NCBI RefSeq assembly: GCF_001194135.2
Contig: NC_068988.1
Coordinates: 48,837,224-48,891,737 of the forward strand
Direction: 5' to 3'
DNA: 54,514 bases
Origin: Octopus bimaculoides
Taxonomy: Eukaryota
Numbering within the stretch: the first letter of the stretch is position 1; each line of letters opens with the position of its first letter. Below the pieces are notes generated by a model that searched no databases, was not told the DNA's origin, and saw nothing but the letters and a program-made list of their open reading frames with translations. Below, piece by piece: positions 51,170 through 54,514 of this stretch. The position numbers and the translations under genes were made by a program.

Positions 51170-53750
51170 ATCAAATAGGATTTTGAAAATATGGTTCTGA
51201 AAACCCGTCCTTTAAGGAAAAAGAATTCAGAAATCCCACACCCATAAACCAGTTACAGGAATTTGCTTGTATAATCCTCACAGACACCGAAGTGACACCA
51301 TCAATTAAAGAAAATTTCAACAGCAAAACACCTTCATCGTGTGTAAGAAAACTCTTTTCTACTTATTTTTTCATCATAGATACAGAAAAGCTAATAACAT
51401 TCCCTTAGCATAGCTACATTGGAAGAAACAAAAACCTCTTTTTTGTCTGGACGCAATTTCTTTCCAAATCGAGGACACCAGTTAACACAACACACGAAAA
51501 TTATAACATCAAAGTCAATTTGAAAGAGGACCATCCACCACCAACAACAACCTGTAATAAACCAAGCTAATACAGAAAACATGACAATAATATATTAACT
51601 ATAACAGGAATACTAATGGCTGGAACCAAACACTCAGGCAATCATTTTTCAGACCAGTAATTCAAAACACTCTATGGTACAAACCAACTCTAAGATTCCC
51701 AATGTAATAAATCTTTTACACAAACCCTGTGCATTTAACAAATTTCATTGTTCTCTAAAGTCCTATAATTCACCCAAACACCACAAAATTCCAACGTCAG
51801 TGAAATACAAAACGATGTCTCGGAATTAAATAGGAAACTTTGCATAAAAGAAGAATTACTCGACAAAAGAATCTAATCTACATATTGTAATCATACTCCG
51901 GCAAAACTTAAGTCCCAACATTTATAAAAACATCCATATATTAACTCATCCAAATTTTCAAATAAATATTAGCCAATAAAGTAGAAAAAATTCAATGATT
52001 TTAATAATGATCAAAATATAGTTGCCGGGGAAGATGATAAAAATAATACAGTAGTCATTATGGACTCAACATATTACAAAACTACTGCACTAATTCTACT
52101 TGTTGATAACGCCTATCATGGAAGATAAACAATTTCAAACAATTTAAAAAAGGGGAGAGACTAACAACCTTCCTCAAGCAGTTCCAAAATGTGTTAACGA
52201 AGAAGGAAAGAGATTATTTAAAGAGATTTGAATGCAAAACCAGCAATTTGAAAGTATTCCCAAAATCCATTACGACAAATAAATACATGAAACGTGTACA
52301 GGATCAGCTTTAATGTATATTAATATATCTTATTGAAACCCCAAATAATGACCAATCAGAAGAGTTCCATCCTGTGAAATACATAGACTAAATTACTTTA
52401 TTCATATACTCCTAACACCCATTCTCAAATATATACCGAGCTTCATATTATATAACTAAGACTTTGAAAAGGAATAGAAGCAATTAAATTATAACAGGAA
52501 AATTTTCGAAATGTCCTACATTTATGATTGAATGATTAAAGTTCATCCTAGAAAATAACAATGTCTACAGAAAAATATCTGGGAGTACAATGGCCATGGG
52601 GTATGCCTGCATATTGTAATCTTGATGTGGCACATTATAAGTTCAAATTTACAAACTCTCCAAGTTAATGCTCAGCAATAACTTCCATAGATATCTATTC
52701 GCCAATTGGAATCCTACATAGACGATTATTTTATCCTGTGAACACACTATGGATGAATTCTATGAGTTAATTCTAGTAAATAACATAATTCACAGTACCT
52801 ATTTTATAATGGTGTACAACAGAAAAAAATTTAAAATACCACTTTTGGACATCTTGATCATAAAAAGGGAAATAAATATTGAAACGGACACCTACTTATA
52901 ACCAACAGACTCAAAACAATATCTATTATTTTATACTTGCTAGCCAAAAATATGCAACATATACATAACTTTTAACCTGGCAAAAAGAACCTGCACAGCT
53001 GTATTGAATCCCGACATTCAGGAGAAAAGACTTCAAGAACTGAAGTGCATTTTACGTGAAATGCATTACTCGATCAGTTTAATCAGTAATGGAATAGGAC
53101 ACGCGAAAATGATAGAGACCCAAGAATTACGTAAAATAAAAACATCTTTGAGACACTCAATGTTTTACCTTACATATCAACACACAATATTCACGAAATG
53201 CAGAAGCGTACAACGTTATTCATCAACATATTCCTTTTTTTATGAAAGAGCCAGAAAATAAAATTAAAAAAAAAACATACAGAAAACGCACAGTAAAATT
53301 ACAGTGAAACGCAACCTAAGTTTAAAAAGGATAATAGCTCTAAATTACCCATGCAAAATTCAATTCCGATAGTCCCAATGTGTAACCATCTGAAGTCCAG
53401 AATCAGCATCAAAATCATTGAACAGTAAACATATGGATTTATATCAGGACAAACATTTGCCTTACAAATGTATTTCACTTGTGCATCAAGAAATTGAAAT
53501 TATGTTATCCAATGCAATGTATTAATGAAGACTACGTACGACAAACTGAACTATCTCTGAGATAGGGAATGGTGGTCCACCGTCCACGAATACGAGACCA
53601 AATTACCTGGAAATAATCATTAGTAAACATCTGTATATTTTGCCCAATAAACAAATATCCAGACTACTCTATTTCCATTTTATATCAAAGTATCGGGAAC
53701 AAGTCAGTTCAATTGAATTTAATTAGGTTTGCTCATTAAAAAATATTATG
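51170..53750 (+). mobile_element. Decayed Penelope-like element ORF (RT plus GIY-YIG endonuclease)
   Basis: NDQNIVAGEDDKNNTVVIMDSTYYK at 52006-52080; frameshifted GT.MG..PAY.NL near 52580; YIDDYFILW-like motif with YIDD at 52715-52726; KIPLLDILIIK..IETDTYL*PTDSKQYLLF near 52833-52950; FTCASRN*NYVIQC...YVRQT..SLR at 53473-53598. Many stops and frameshifts. Confidence 0.9.
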
Positions 53751-53755
53751 CAAAA

Positions 53756-54496
53756 TGTAAAGCTTTATAACAATAGTATGAGTCTGTATGTGAAAGAAGT
53801 GAGTTGAGGCTGTGAGTGTGGCAGAGCGATCACTAGTTGTGAAGTTGTGGCTTCCATGCCGGGCCGTGATTCTTGTTATACAGATGTTCGTCGCTGGATG
53901 AGATCTCTTGTCTGTTTATTTATCGTGGTGAAGCTGAGTCACCTAACAGAATCGAAGAGAGAGATGTGCCGCGGTGGTTTGGATTGATGTACATAGAAAG
54001 TCGTGTAGACGCTGGTGGAGATTGATGCTGGTTAGTAGTAATCGTAGAATCGTGTGGGTCATGACGATGATGCTGGTTAGTAGTCGTAGATTCGTGTTGC
54101 TGATGTGGCGACGGCGGTGGTAATCGTGGCTGGACGAAGCTATTGATGTGGTCGCTGGCTGATTGTTGCTGCTGATGTCGTGTGGTACACGGCAGAGTCT
54201 CTATAGAGAAACTGGACCTGGGCAAATTTGCTGGGTATGAGTTGCTCTATTTATAGCAAATTATCGGCTCCCGAATGCTTCACAAAAATACTCTATCACG
54301 TGAACTTATTAGGGGCCGTGATTGGTCAGTTTGCGTTCTGGCGGGAACGGTTCGAAGAAGTTGCCGCTTCGAATAATAATCAGTCACGTGATGACAAGGA
54401 GATGGGGTCTCCGCTACGCCCGCGTTTGTTTATATTTAAATGAGAAGATTGGTGATAGTAGTTTTGTATCTAATGGCGATAGGTAGTTTCACTACA
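53756..54496 (-). mobile_element. CpG-rich solo-LTR-like block (alternatively a promoter and 5' leader)
   Basis: Ends TGTAA...CTACA. On the minus strand the order is CCAAT (54321-54325), TATAAATA (54248-54255), AATAAA (53915-53920). No TSD visible and the left boundary is uncertain. Confidence 0.5.
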
Positions 54497-54514
54497 TATA
54501 TATATATATGTATA

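Noticed and set aside
53920-54225. 101-aa His/Thr/Gln-rich minus-strand ORF
   Set aside because: It starts at a non-ATG codon and its composition is explained by the internal repeats of the LTR-like block.

Overview
AT-rich eukaryotic genomic DNA from a gappy short-read scaffold (19 N-gaps, most bordered by microsatellites). The SINE families and microsatellite load resemble octopus/cephalopod DNA; this is recalled similarity, not a database result. I recognise no protein-coding gene with confidence. All long ORFs in the track are artefacts of N-runs or simple repeats; only a few short plus-strand exon candidates remain. The window is mostly decayed mobile elements: several tRNA-derived SINEs, a Penelope-like element (PLE) with RT and GIY-YIG remnants (about 51170-53750), Tc1 and mariner transposase remnants, CR1, R4/Dong, CRE-like and RTE-like LINE fragments, and an LTR-like or promoter-like block at the right end. 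The strongest leads are (i) several minimal type I hammerhead ribozyme (HHR) motifs, the best inside an interleaved inverted repeat at 20960-21558 that reconstructs to a circularly permuted monomer of about 350 nt (retrozyme-like or PLE pseudo-LTR), (ii) an inverted duplication of about 290 bp bracketing a 1.8-kb remnant at 13123-15510, and (iii) a Dong/R4 3' end sitting inside a (TAA)n array. All family assignments come from reading motifs by eye and need HMM/BLAST confirmation.
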